Of a stretch of 64,000 bases of DNA, positions 40,286 through 54,400 are shown in pieces. The notes beneath the pieces were generated by a model that was given only the letters and a program-made list of their open reading frames with translations, was not told where the DNA came from and did not search any database. The DNA lies in the NCBI GenBank assembly GCA_044892505.1, contig CM097882.1:591976001-592040000 (forward strand). Direction: 5' to 3'. Numbering within the stretch: position 1 is the stretch's first letter; the number at the start of each line of letters is the position of its first letter. The position numbers and the translations under genes are program-made. Source of the stretch: Schmidtea nova. Taxonomy: Eukaryota.

Positions 40286-43200
40286 TCAGTTATTAAACCT
40301 AGTAAATAGCAATTGTGTGTATCATTTAGTTTTTTTAAACTAGTAGTTTTGGTTTATTCAACTTTTAAAATTTGTTCTGCTTCTCCAATCATTTCGATTA
40401 ATTCGTTTGAAATATTTAAATTGGAATTTGTAATTTTGTAATATATTGACATTTTGAAAACGGAAAATGTTTGAAAAAGTGTTTGTAAAAACAGTATAAT
40501 TTTAATATAGTAATAATTAAATATTTTTTAACGTTAGTGATGCTTTAGTGATATAATTTTTTATTAAAATACTATTTAGATACGACGAACACAATTTTCC
40601 TCGTACTTCTAATCGGTCAGATTTCTTACACCTGTTTTAGCACAGTTTTCAAAAGTATTTGAGCTGTAATTATGTCCTAGAAAGTATATGCAAAGAAATT
40701 TTAAGCAGTTGCTACGATAGGGATATCATGATTCATTTTATCCTTCCGGTTCATTAATCTAAGCGGTCTTATCAATGAATCTTTTGCGGATTGCAATGGT
40801 AAAGGGCAAGACGATTCTATATATTCTACTTATTTACTGATTTTAGTGATTTTCCAATTATCAGTTTATTACTTTATAAAACTATAATAAATAGTTAAAT
40901 GTACTCATTAATAAATTCATTTCCGAAGTCGTCTATTTTTGTGTACTAATGTTGTATCCATATTGAGATTAAAGCTTTTAGTCAATAATATTTGGTTTAT
41001 TGAAATTGAATATAAATGCAAGATAGGGATTGCGGTTGCAATTATTACTGAAATTTCATTTTTCAATAATAATTTCTCAATAAGTCAAAATACTTTATTT
41101 AATTGGTTGCACTGATAAAGTGAACAAAGTGCTAAATAATAGTTATTATTATATTATTTATATAATTGTGTGTATCATTAATTTTGAATGAAAAATATAT
41201 TACAAATAAATTCAGTACACACAGTTCGTGAAAATATGAAACTTACCTTATAATTTGGTGTTAATATTAGTCGTATTTCTTGAAGATGATCTCGTATTGT
41301 ACTTTCACAAGATGGTCTAGGGCCTAGACTCTAGGCAATGTACGATTATTAACCCTTTCGTAAGTCGTTGGAAGTATTATTCCGACTTGTTTTGAATAAT
41401 TAGCAAAAGTTTGAATTTTTGTGATGGAAATATTATTTCTTAGAATTTTTCAAACCACACAAAAATTATTTTTCAGTAATTCCATTATGTCCATAAAGTG
41501 TTCGCACTAGAAAGAAAAAAATGAATCATGTTTCCATGTAAAAAATTTGTCCATGAAAGGGTTTGCAACCTGGTTTAATCACAATATATTTCAGTGCAGT
41601 TTAAAATGTGAGCAAAATATATTTCCCATAGTGTTTTTGGAGAAATAATACGGATTAATAAAAATTTTTTATATTATTGGACTAGTAAACAATTGCAGTA
41701 AATTACTGACGGAATTGAGTCGAAGAGTATATTCAATGCAAACGAATTTTTTTTTGCTATTTGTACCCTTGAACGGATAACGAATATGCACAGATAAACC
41801 TATCGGCAGTTGAATTATATTTGTTTAAAGCGCGACACACTTTTTTAGAATTACATTATGAAATACCTAAACAAATAATAAGCATTTTTGATTATTTCAA
41901 ATATTGTTGTAATGATGAATAATTATGAAAAAATGATTTCCTTGTTTTTCAATGTGGTGTAAGGTTAATAATAACACTTTTAACGATATTTTAAACTCTA
42001 TTACGCAAGATCTATCACAATTGGATTACTTCTTATGGGGTGTCATTAATCAGTAGCTTTTTTAAACTATCCTTGAACAAACTATTCGTCAAAGGATGGT
42101 TTAACAAGGGAATCTGATTCCATAGAAAACTAATTCATACATGCTTAGAATTATTCTAAATTCTTTCGTTGAACGCGTTTTAAATTGTATTGAGTTAAAT
42201 CCGTGATTCTGAACATGCACTGTAACTGATAAGCTTGCTGATAATTGATAAATTAAATAAAATTTCACAGTGGATTTCTTATATACTTTTATTATGAAGA
42301 CTTATGAGGCACGCTAAAACATAATTTTATTTACTCTCAAATTGTAAATATTATATACAAAAATGTTTTCTAAGTTTTCTATTATTATCTAAATATTTAT
42401 AAAATTTATATCTATATAAATATTATTATGTTTTGCGTCGAAAAAAGCTGGTATTTGATAAAAAAACATAATTACTGAGATGAATTTCGACGCTTTTTCA
42501 TAATATTTAGAGATTCTCGAAAAGATCTTATTGACCCATTCTTAAACAGATCATCAATTTGTTTACAGTTTTAAATTTTTAAAAGAAACATTAGAATGAT
42601 TTTCGTATGCAGTGTGCGTGGGAATCTATAACACAAGCTTGTTCGAATTACTGTAATAAGATGACTGATCAAACTTCCGGTGTATTACAGTAAAACAGTT
42701 TTATTTGCAATTTAATAAAATATAAATATTATTTAACACATTAAATGCCAATCATTATAGAGGAACTGAATATATCCAGAAGTCAAACCGAGATACCATA
42801 TGTTCGTATCCTAGAATAGAAAAGGAGTCAGCTCTATCTTTGAAGCCAATGCGTTAATTTCTTCAAATATCAGACTTAATAAGAAATTTAAAATTGCCTG
42901 ATTTTGTATATTATATGAGCTGTTTTGTTTCTTCACCAGAAAATCGATAAATTCTGCAGATATAGCAACGAAAAAAATAAAGTGTATTAGACCAAAAAAT
43001 TAAGAACAAGGTATTCAGATTCGGGTCGTGCTTCTTCCGGTATTTAAATAACAGCGATAACCAATAAATTTTAATTGTGTTGGATACTAGAAAATTAATA
43101 GAAGTATTTAGAATCAATTATATTCTTTAAAATAGGGACAAATAAGTACAGAATAACAATTAAATTTGACTAATTCCAAGCAATCGGTTGATAGTGTTGA

Positions 43201-45519
43201 TTTTAACAATTTATCGATGACAATTTGTGATTATCTTATTTTTAAGTAACAGTTTTAATTATAATCTGAAAATATCAATATCAATTTATCAATTTGTCAT
43301 TTGATTTATTTTACGATGATTAAAAATGCTATGCGTAAATTAATCTCAAAAAAGTAAAACAAAATTAATATTTTTAAATAAATAAATTCTAACCATATCA
43401 GATTGAAGAGAAGTACCAATAATTATATATTTGCTACTGAGTGCACAATATTGTGAGTTCAAAACTGCGAGTAACATCGCATATAAGTGCAAGAAAAAAA
43501 TCAAGATCGAGTGATAAAAATTAATAAAATAAAAGCTCAGATATTGTGCAAATAATAATCCAAAAATAAATGCACTAAGGGCTTGACTCAAAATAGAGCA
43601 AATAAAAAGCAATTTGTGTTAAAAATAACAATAATAATAATAAAGGTAATAATAATAATAAAAATAGTAGTAATAATAATAGTAAATACAGTATGATGAT
43701 AATGATAGTATTAACCAGTGTTCTTTCTAATAAAATAGGTTCCGGAACGCATTCTTTGAAAATACAGGCCTTGAATTTTTTTGATAACTAAAACATTTAT
43801 GTAATTTATTAAAATTAAAATACATTTATTCTATTTTAATACAAAAATATTCAAAATTTGTTATAAAGAAACAATAAAATTATTATATAAAATTTTAAGA
43901 AATTCCAAACATTCATTATTTTTTTGGTGAGACTCAGGATCTATTTTTCGCTCCTTGCTTTGAGTGTTAATTGCAGAATGATGTCCTTTAAAGATCCACG
44001 ACTTTAGATATTTTTTGAAATAGCTTCCGGACCGCCGTCTCGGTGCGTTCCAACAGAAAATACTGGCGGTATTAATAATAACAATAAATAATAATTATTA
44101 TAAATTCTTACGAGAACAAAAAATTTAATATAGAGACTGAATTCTCAGTCAAACCACCAAAAATATTTCGTAATTCGTAATCGACTTTTGAAATCTAAAA
44201 AAGAGCATACAGGAGATGGATCTCAGAACAGCATTACATATATTGACATAGTATATACCAAAATATATACATGTCACAAGTGATATCTTTTTAATTATAT
44301 TAGGTAAAAGTCTGGCAATCAATTTGTATTGGATAAAATTTGCAAACCAATGTTAATATTGTTTTTTTAAATAAGAACAACAAGCTGAGATTCTGAATCA
44401 CTAACTACTTAACTTAACCTGGTAACAACTGCTACTTTACGATTAGTTTAATTTAAAATTTTTTTTTATAAAATTTATTCTTTTTTTAGTTTGGATTTAC
44501 TAAATTTAATTTTTATAATTAAATCTTTAATCTGAGTTTCTTTGTTCAACCTCGATATATAAAAAATTTTCAATGATAATAGATCAATAAGTTAAATTAA
44601 ATCTAACTACAAATTTTAAGAATAGCCCTTGCCAAGTATTAATCATTTAAATTCGTATCGAGAAAATAGATTGTAATTTTTATTTTAAATATTTTTTTTG
44701 AATAGACCTAAGCATAACAATAATTTGTTGGGTGAATGGATGTTCTGAGAGGCCTTATACGTTAATAGATAGCTGGGGTATTGGAATTTTGATTAGTGTG
44801 GATGAATGCTTGTGAGTTAGTGTATTTTATTTAAACAAAACAAAATAATAAATATATTCAAATTTTTTAGCACAAGCACCAAAAGATTAATCAAGACAAT
44901 CTTTGTTTGTTCATATTAATTCTAAATGAATGTTTTGTAGAATAAGAATCTTCACAGAAATTTGAATATTTCGATTTTACAAAATGCTTTTTTATAGATT
45001 TTGATTTCTTTGCACTGGTTTGCTTGACAAAGTATTTTATTCTTCACTTCGATTTAACCGAAATTGAATTAGTGTTTTATTCTGGAATTTGTATTTCAAT
45101 CAAGTATCGCGTGATAATTTTTATCAATTTTTACTTTTTAATAGTAATCTTGTTACATTAAAATTTCATTGGATATGGACTTTCCAGGAATTGGTTTGCA
45201 AAATAATTTATCTTCTATTATACTAATTTCATCAACATCGAATATACGCAATTAATTGAGTAACTTTTACATTGGTTACCTCATATACTTTTATTGTGAA
45301 TTTTGAAGTACGCTGTCGAGAAACTAGCTGATCGAAAAGATCTTCAGATATATCATCGTTTTTTACCAATTTCATTTTTAGCAAGTGGTTTCTCATATGA
45401 TTTGACCAATATTTTTTAATCATAAAAATAACTATCAATAATAACATTTGTAAATCTTTATGATAAATAGTGTTAAGGGTAACTTATCATATCTCATTTC
45501 ATTCAATTCTGTCCAATAA

Positions 45520-47215
45520 CCCGTGCATAAAATTTAATCACTGCCCTCTGAGTATTTACCCGCGATAGCTACTTGTGTTCATGTTGGTAATGTACAACTC
45601 GGGTGCGTAACGAGTGACAGATGAGCGTCTGTGTTAGAAGTACTCCCACTCGCTATGCTATTTACGGTCCTGTAGGTGATAGAAGCCTTCATTCATTCCC
45701 TGCTCATCCTAGTCACTAATTTTGGAGAGACTTCGCTGTTGGCACAGACTTTAGTGGTCTACCCTCACTTTTTAACATAATAAACCCTTTATTTACATCT
45801 CAGTATTATTCTACACATAAGACGAAATGAAAACAAACAGTTGTATTTAACACAACATTTATGCCAGTTCATGAAATTTTAACACTTCGTCCATTAATTG
45901 TAATTTGGTTAAGTCTTCTAGATGACCTACTTATTTATCCAATTTTCTTTGACAGACGCATCTCCTGGAAAATACGGAAACAACGTCGCTTACGGGCACT
46001 CATGCGCTTCCTACGTTTGGCCGGATTTTCCGGGGGTGTTTGTTTGCTAGTTAGTTCTGGTGATCTTTCTTCAGTTTTTGAGTTAGACATTCCGGGAAAC
46101 CATTAGTCAAAGGTTAATAGTCGGATACATCCTGCCAGTTCCCTTGTAATGAAATTGGTAGACATCCTTTCTCTGCACCGCTTCAACTCCAATTGAGTAG
46201 CCTGTAACTTAATTTCCTGATCGAATGACCCACTGGGCCATTTCTAGCCTTTGGTAGAAGGTTTATACCAGGTTCGGAGCGAGGTACGTACCTTTCACTT
46301 CCTCTATCCTTCACTTGAGAACTCTTTGTGCCCGTTCGTGAAGCGCGTCGTTCTGTCGCGAACATTTGCACAATCTAATACTTTTACCATTTACTTTGGA
46401 TGCCATTATTGTTAACTAAAAAGAAGAAAATCATAGAAGTACTTAGATCACTGTTGGTCAGATATTGCTACAAATTCAAATACAAAATATAGTTTAAATA
46501 CACTATTTCGTAAATATCTTGATTCGCTGCTAACCCATGCCTGGTGTTATTTTTCCCACAAAGAAAATTAAGGGTTTAAACGAGACAATTCTATTTATTT
46601 AATAATGACACATTTAGTCCATTAGTTATCTCCGTAATAGTATCTTCGGACGTCCTTGGCTTTCTGGGGTGATTCAGGTGAACTAGGTGACCCAATGCGA
46701 GGAATTTTGTGATCGAAATTTCACCCACTAGGATTAGCTCACTCATCCCCGCCACCTTACTCGGTACGGTCGCGAAACACGTTTGGTCTCCAGGTTTCCT
46801 TGCCCTTCAACTTCAATAGGCCACTGGGATGACCCGTGCTATGTGATCTGACACCAGCTATCCTTCCTTAGGTTGATCAAAGGAGCTTTCCGTTCTTGAT
46901 AGCGCTGGTTATTTATTCGGATTACTTGTTTGATAATTGACCGAGGTAACTTTTGTTTTGGCACGATTTTCATTCCTTTAAATCGTAGGGTCTTTCTGGT
47001 CAGATCGGGCTATAATCGACCTTGTGCTCTTTATTGTTCGGGGAAGATAATGATTCCTTAATTTGGTTTTATTTGATTGATCTGAAGCTGGTATAAATAA
47101 TGCAAATACATTTATTAACAATTATCCGCGATTCACTTTTCCCCGACTCCCTTTTTTAATAATTCACCCATGAATTTGTAGGCTTATCCCGACCCATTTG
47201 TGTAAATCATTAATT
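45520..47215 (-). mobile_element. Duplicate of the 38590-40285 element
   Basis: Part of the 6930-bp-offset tandem duplication. Confidence 0.55.
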
Positions 47216-47791
47216 TCAGTTATTAAACCTAGTAAATAGCAATCGTTCTCAGCATAATGCAGATCTAAAATTTGTTATGGCAGCAATCTGTTGATTTTAC
47301 TCAGTTCATTCTATTTACTCTGACCCACAATGGATTTAATTATGGAGTTTATTAGTAGACAATAATGCTAAGCAAATGATTTAAGTTCAACATTGATGTT
47401 CCTAATCGCGAAATTATCGATTTAAAAAAATTCGCTCGCTACTAAATGCTATAAAATTTATGTGGGTTATGGCGTTCTAATGAATTTGGATATTCGGGGA
47501 TTCTCTAAATTCTTCTAAAGCTTACTAGAAAGCTTACAGCTTCTGAATACTTTTATATCGGCCGACCACTGCTTCTACCCACCATGTTAACACTTTTAGA
47601 TCGTTACTACTTTATCCCCCAATGAAATTCTAATTTCTCTCTTCAATTGTTATCTCTATAAATATTGCTTTCGTCGCGGCTTGATATATTTATCCGCCTA
47701 GCAAATAAGCAGACCTGAGATTCGCGGGGAACCGAGCACGACATCACTCCTTCGTGGCTCCAAGATATCGATCAAATTTAACACCATAATT

Positions 47792-48700
47792 GTGGTTACT
47801 CAAATTTTTATCTCGCGACTTAATCTCATCCATTCACCTGGTGAACGGATGACCATAGCAGCCATAGACAATGATGATGATAACAATAGAACAGACAAAG
47901 ATATCAATAATGATAACAACAATTCGGACGAAGACATTGATGATGATATATACGATAGCAACACAAACGAATTTGAAACCAACAACGATGATGACAATAA
48001 CTATGTTGACCATAGATACGTAGATCAATATGGATGCATCATTTACTACCAAGAGGGAAAAGCCATTGATGCAATTAAATACTCAATTCACCACTTTCAA
48101 ATTTTTTGGTCAATTTACCTGAATAAAAAACATCTCACTCTGACTCAGATAATCTATTTAAAAGAAGATACAGCCATTACAATTATTGACCAATACCACG
48201 AATTTATAATTGACCTCATTAACAATACAAGAAAAGATTTCATACATGTAATCAGGATAATTGGTGAAGATATGCTAACATGGCTCCCAGTATTGTATAC
48301 GAATTGTATATGAATTGATAACATTATCTTATTAAGAACTAAAGAAACTTAAATTATACTCAAGAAAACTCTGAAAGAATCACAAATCGGACATCCCTTT
48401 ATGAAATATAAAACCACTAACAAAGAAAAATCCTATCATCATATTAATATACTTAAAACACGATACCGAATTAGAAACATTAAAAAGAAACTTGAGTTAC
48501 AGCAGGATCTCAATATAGAATCATTATTCATTCACCCACGCTTCTGGTACCCCTTTATCTGACTTGAAAGAGAAGAATTACTAACTAAATATTCAGGACA
48601 ATGGCCCGATATCCTGATAAACCCGATGTTTATTATCCTTTCAATTCCTGAAACTATAATCCAGAAGCACTCTATTGGGTGCTAGCTAGATGATATGTGA
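47792..48700 (+). pseudogene. Unassigned coding-like region: D/N-rich ORF 47792-48313 that continues through stops
   Basis: 173-aa ORF with acidic low-complexity N-terminus; frame continues past stops to ~48700; TATA-like CTATAAAT at ~47655. Confidence 0.35.
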
Positions 48701-51099
48701 AAAATTAGAAAAATGACGGAACTAAGTTTTTGCCCTCCTGGTGATACTCGAGAGCAGAAGTTTTATTAAATAAATTTTAAGGCCTACTTATCAGGGTAGG
48801 TCGAAAAAAACGGTGACAACATCGCCACACTGTGTTCCAAGTAAAAACCCACTGTGTTGTTAATGGGATTGTTAAGATCAAAAGTGGGTGTTGGTAATCT
48901 TAACACAGATTGACTCCTGATATCTTTGTAAATAATTAGATTAATATAAATATATAAATTATTTGTGTGGTTGTGTGTAAATTTATTCAAGATTAAACAA
49001 TCAAAAACACAATCTTTTTTTCAAAAAAACTCTTTATTAATATCAAAATTTACAACAGTGTGTATATTTAAAGATAGTTACAAAAACAGGATTTGATAAT
49101 CCCTACTATTTGTGACAGCCTGCAAGAAATCGATGGATTCTATGTAGCACAACGATCGCTGATTATTACAAGAAAGAGTGGATAAGAAAGCGTTGAAAAG
49201 TATGGCGCACCCAGAGAATACGAAAGCGATGAAAGCTTGTGTAGATATTGGTGTAGAATTCAATATTATTATCTTTTGTTATATGACTGATAATTATGTA
49301 GATGATTCTAATAGGTTGTTTATTAATGTGGTATTCGAAAAGAAGGTCTGTTGAGCCCAGCCGAGTCACCTGTAAAAAGTGGTATCGGGACAGCTGGGAT
49401 GCGTGTTATGGGTAACTGGATATGTGCGATACACTAGGAATAATAATTAATAATTAACACCTTTACAACTTTACAATTTTTATTAAATAAAAATAGAACG
49501 GAAACTAATAAAATTTACTCACTGATGAATTACTTTCAACTATAATGCTATTTCCACAAATTTTTCAATCTACTGTTTCTTTCAATTTCTTGTTATTGTT
49601 AGTTTAAATTCTAAATTTTTCCTTCTTACGAAACTCGATTGTTCTCTTTAGTTTAGTTATTGGTCTTGGATAAAATTTTCAATTTTTTTATTATATCTTG
49701 CGTTTCTATAATTCTTTCTTTCCATTTCGTATTGGATTTTTTTGCTTTAGATATTTGATTTTTTTGCTTGGAAATTTATTTTTTTAAAAATTTTGTATTG
49801 ATTCCTTTTATGATTTTTTGAGTATGATTTTTTTCTGTTTATAATTTTTTATTCCAATTTCATATAAACACAAATAAAAAACAAAATTGGGGGCGGGTGA
49901 ATATCATTCACACGTCACTCACAAACAATCATTAAAAAGATAGAACCTTTACAATAATAACAATAAAAATAATTTGACTTTTATACCTTTTTCTGTATTC
50001 GCTTAATTTTCAATATGTTAGATTATTAAATGGATACATTGATCCCTCTCTAAAACCTTTTTTTAATTTTGTACTAAAATCATTATTATCTCTGATGCTC
50101 CTTTATTGAAATAATTTTCTATAAGCTTCCAACTTAAATTCAAATACTGCTCCTTTTTGCTAAAATTCTGTTCGATATTTATATAAAATTTTTAATCAGA
50201 TATTCCTTTATCTCGGTCCGATTTTCTGATTACGCTAATTGGACTTTAATCGTTAAAACTAATCCTAAACAACACTAATTGCTGTCTTTGTTGATTAAAA
50301 TTTTATTTTGCTTTATTTCTATTCCATTATTTATTTTTTTTCTTGAGTTTATATATTAGTTTAAAAACAATGGTTCCTAAATTTAGTAATACCACAATTA
50401 CTATTTTGCTGTCAAAATTGGGGAATAATTTCTATAAATAAATATATTCTTTTTTAAGTAATTTTTTTTTCTTATTTTCTTTCTTTTTCCATTTTTAGCA
50501 AATTAAAATTCTCGGTTTTAAGGCCAATGGCCTAACACTGACAGCATGGAGACAAAAATTAATACAATAAATTAATTACCGTTTAATTGGATTCTCAACA
50601 AAATTGACAATAATCGTAAATTCACACTGTAATTGTAAATGATCACTGAGAACTGAAATCTAACTTTAAGATCAAAAATATAATGCTCACAGTAAATTAA
50701 GACAAGTTGTGTTAAAAATACAGCTTCTTATATAGCTGTCCGTGGCTTTAATCAGCCAATCACATTCACTCCACCCCCTCATTATGGTATGTTATAATAA
50801 TCTTGGATCATTGATATTTATTTTGATATTTTGGTTAATTCTTTGTACTTTTATTTAATTGGTTTGTTTTATTCTTTCAATTATTTCCTATTTATCCATT
50901 TATTTCTTATTTTTCGTTAATTTAACTCATTCTGCGTTTTTTATTACTGTTTATTCTATGTAATTTCTTTTTTCCATTTTTATTTCCTTAGTATTTATTA
51001 TTTTTTATATTTATTTAATTTCTAAATTCTGATTTTATTCGATTGTTTTTCTAATTGTTTTGTTTTTTCTCGTGTTTTTCTTAATTCTTTTGGCTTGTC

Positions 51100-51410
51100 T
51101 TGGCCAAAAAATAGAATAAATCTTATTTTCTTGTATTGGTAGTTCTACAATCTTGATCACCTTTGTTGTTTGTATTCCCAATACCTTTACCTATTCAGCG
51201 TCAACATCTTCATTATAAGTGGATTTTATCTTGTAACCAGTGAAAAATTTATCCATTTTTCTAAAAATATTAGCATAATTATCTTTTGGTTTCACCTTTG
51301 TTCTCTTTTTTAATTCAATAATTTTCATATTAATTTTTGAAAGACTATAGATCAAAATTTTCTTTTGGTTGTTAGGTACACAATATTTCGTAACAGCCTT
51401 TATCAAGTGT
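51100..51410 (-). pseudogene. Ty3/gypsy RT fragment
   Basis: KYCV...KKILIYS (YxDDILIYS-like) and FTGYKI...DAE*VKV (FLGYxI...DxEKVK-like). Confidence 0.55.
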
Positions 51411-51465
51411 CTAAAAATATTAGGACTAAATTTATATTTTTAAAAATTAACTTTTAAATTACTAA

Positions 51466-54400
51466 AAAAAAAATGTTAAGGATCGGGAGATCCGAATTAA
51501 TAAAATTTTAGACGAACTAAAACAAAGTGGAGAGATTCCGAATTTCTTAATCAATTCTCAGTTAAAGTATTCAAATGGAGAGTTTCTTCTGTTAGACCTT
51601 ATTAATTCCGATGAATTAGTTGGCGACAGCACTGATCTAAACCCAATCGATCTTTCTCGCTCTGAATTGGAAGAATTAACAAAATCCTTTCCTGAAATTC
51701 CAAAGCTCTACTTTATGGAAAACGTGAACAGGTATCCTGATTTATTAATTAATTTAATTAAAGAATTAAAAACTATAAAACATTTTCCTAATGAGATTTC
51801 ATTTGTTGGGGGTAAATTTGTTAAAAATAAAATTTTTCAAAACTCTGTTGGACTGCACGATAATGGTGCGTCTGACATAATGTTTAATCTTGGCTTATTA
51901 GACTTTGTAGAAATGTCAAATGTGGACATTGAGTTCAATAAATTATTAAAACAGCCTCAGTCACCTGAGAAATTAATAAATATAATATTTTACTTAAATT
52001 ACCTAAACTTACAGGGATCTTTAAAATGCAAAATAAATTTATCATTTAATATATATGTTTATAATTACATTCGTAACTGCTTCCTAATGCACTCGATTGT
52101 GAAGCTTGAGAGTGTAGACTCCTTATGCTGCGATAATATTGAATCCTGGGCTATGGAACTAATTAAAAAACTACCTACCAACTCCTATTATAACAAAAGC
52201 TGCCAAGAGCGCTTCCTAAAACTCAAACAAACTTTTATACTTCAAGAGATCGATAAAATAAACAACATCATCTCTCCAAAAACTATTTTGGATATTAACA
52301 ACTTCTTTGATTCTATCGATAATCTTTTGCCAAATAAAGCACAACAACTAACGGCACTTGAAAATATAGGACGTGGAATTAACGAATTCCAAGACGATTT
52401 GGATAACTCAAACACCTTGAAAGCGAAAAGACTCTTATTCTTTCTTATTAGAGATAAAAAAACTTTTCTTTTAAAAAATAAATTTACTTTCCGCGTTCCC
52501 AAATACTGTAGAAAGATTTGTACTCCAGAAATGAGCGAAGGTATATCTAGAATCTTATGCTCTATTAAGCTAACTGTCAATGAAAAACCTGCTATAGAAA
52601 AGGTTGATAAGCCTGTGATGGGGAACAATGAGAATACTGAAAAGCTTGTAAACGAGCCTCTTTTTTCTATTCCTGAATGCGATGAAGCCGAAATAAATTA
52701 CAATTTGGTAGAAAACCCTACAAATAAACTTCCTGTCGATATTGATGAAAATTTGACATCAAACACTGAATTAATTGATAGTGAGTCTCAAGACTCTTCG
52801 AAAAAGCCTATTAAAAAACCCAAACGTACGGCTATCAAAAACAAATGAAGTTGTGTGCCTGCACCAGTCTCAATATCTGCCCCAATCTCAACAGAGACTG
52901 ATGCAGACAGCACATTTCCCAAAAAATTTAAACCATCTAAAATCACAAATATATTGCGTGACCCTAAAATATGGTTTACTGATGATGACATTGATAACTA
53001 TCTTGAATGTCATATCAATGACCCTAAATTTGCTCCAATAAAATGCTTTCAAATAGAAATCTTACGGGCAAATCTTTGCGAAACCATTTTTCGAATGCCA
53101 GACAGAGTAATATCTGCGCAAACTCTACTATGTCCAATAAATATTAATAAAACTCATTGGATTATTTTTGTGTATTGTAAAACTTCTTTAACTTCATACT
53201 TTGTAGATCCTCTTTTCAACAACCGCCATTCGTTGACCAATAGAGCCGACGCTCTTCAAACTACAATCGCTTTGAATCGTCTTTTTAACCTTAAAGCTGC
53301 ACTATTTTTCCACCCACATAAAAACTTTGTCTACCAAAATAATAACTATGACTGTGGGCCTTACATCTGTGCTTATGCTATGATGATAAGTGGTACATGG
53401 CAAAAATTTCCTGATGATTTTATAGAAAATATCAGAAAAGATGTCTACCAATTTAAACTTACTTTAAATAACATGGTCCCAAAATCATCTGGAGGTGGTG
53501 AATCTAAACTCACTAACCCTAAGAGAGTGAAAAAAGACACAACTCTAAATATTTCTAATAAACATGACCACATCTTCCTTATGAAACGTAATGCCTGCAT
53601 CTCGTCTTTGATTACCGAATGGTTTAAAGACCATAAAGACATCTTGGTCCTGTCCCAAGAACTTACACTAAATATAATCTCTAGAAATAACTCATTTATT
53701 AGAGAAAATGTCACGTTTAAAAATTTTCTCGGGATTAACCATGTCATCAGTGTTATCCCAAATGATAATTACTGGTGTTTATATCTTTTTTCTATTACAC
53801 ATGGTGCAAGTTACGTTTTTAACAATCAAGAAAAACCTATTTCTGACCGTTTACTTGGCATCGGCGAAAATATTACTGACTACTTGAATAAGTTCTTTCT
53901 ATCAACAAACATTTCTTTTAAACCTAACCACGGCTTGGAACTGGTGCCCAACATCTCTGATGATACAATTCTCTTTGCGTCGGTTTTTATTGAGCTTCTT
54001 GAGAAACTTTTGTTTAATAAAGTTATTCATTTTTTAAATATACACAAATCATTAAACTCAATAAAATTAAGGGAAACAAATGAAATCTCTCAGAATCTAA
54101 ACTTACTTAATTCTAAAATTTCGGATAAAATAATTTCAATGTTTTTTGATAATTTAAATTTACCCAAGACTTTTTTTTTACTGAGTGCGACCATGTGCAC
54201 GGCTATTCTTGACGATTGTACTCAACACATAAATGATTTTCTGAATTTTGAAAATATATGCAAATCACAAATCATCTTTGCGATTGTTGCTCCCCCTAAA
54301 CATCGTGAAATTTTGCTCATTCTCGATTATAGTGTTGACACCTTTTATCTTGTAAACCCAACATCTTTAACTGTGAATGACAATTATCTGTCTACTTGCA

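Larger units (their letters stand above)
33396..47243 (+). repeat. Tandem segmental duplication: 33396-40313 and 40326-47243 (6918 bp each, offset 6930)
   Basis: Copies appear identical apart from one difference noticed (37058 C vs 43988 T); 12-nt junction insert TGTGTGTATCAT. Confidence 0.97.

Noticed and set aside
50505-50545. TAAGGCCAATGGCCTA hairpin as a Penelope-type hammerhead
   Set aside because: The conserved CUGANGA and GAAA cores are absent.
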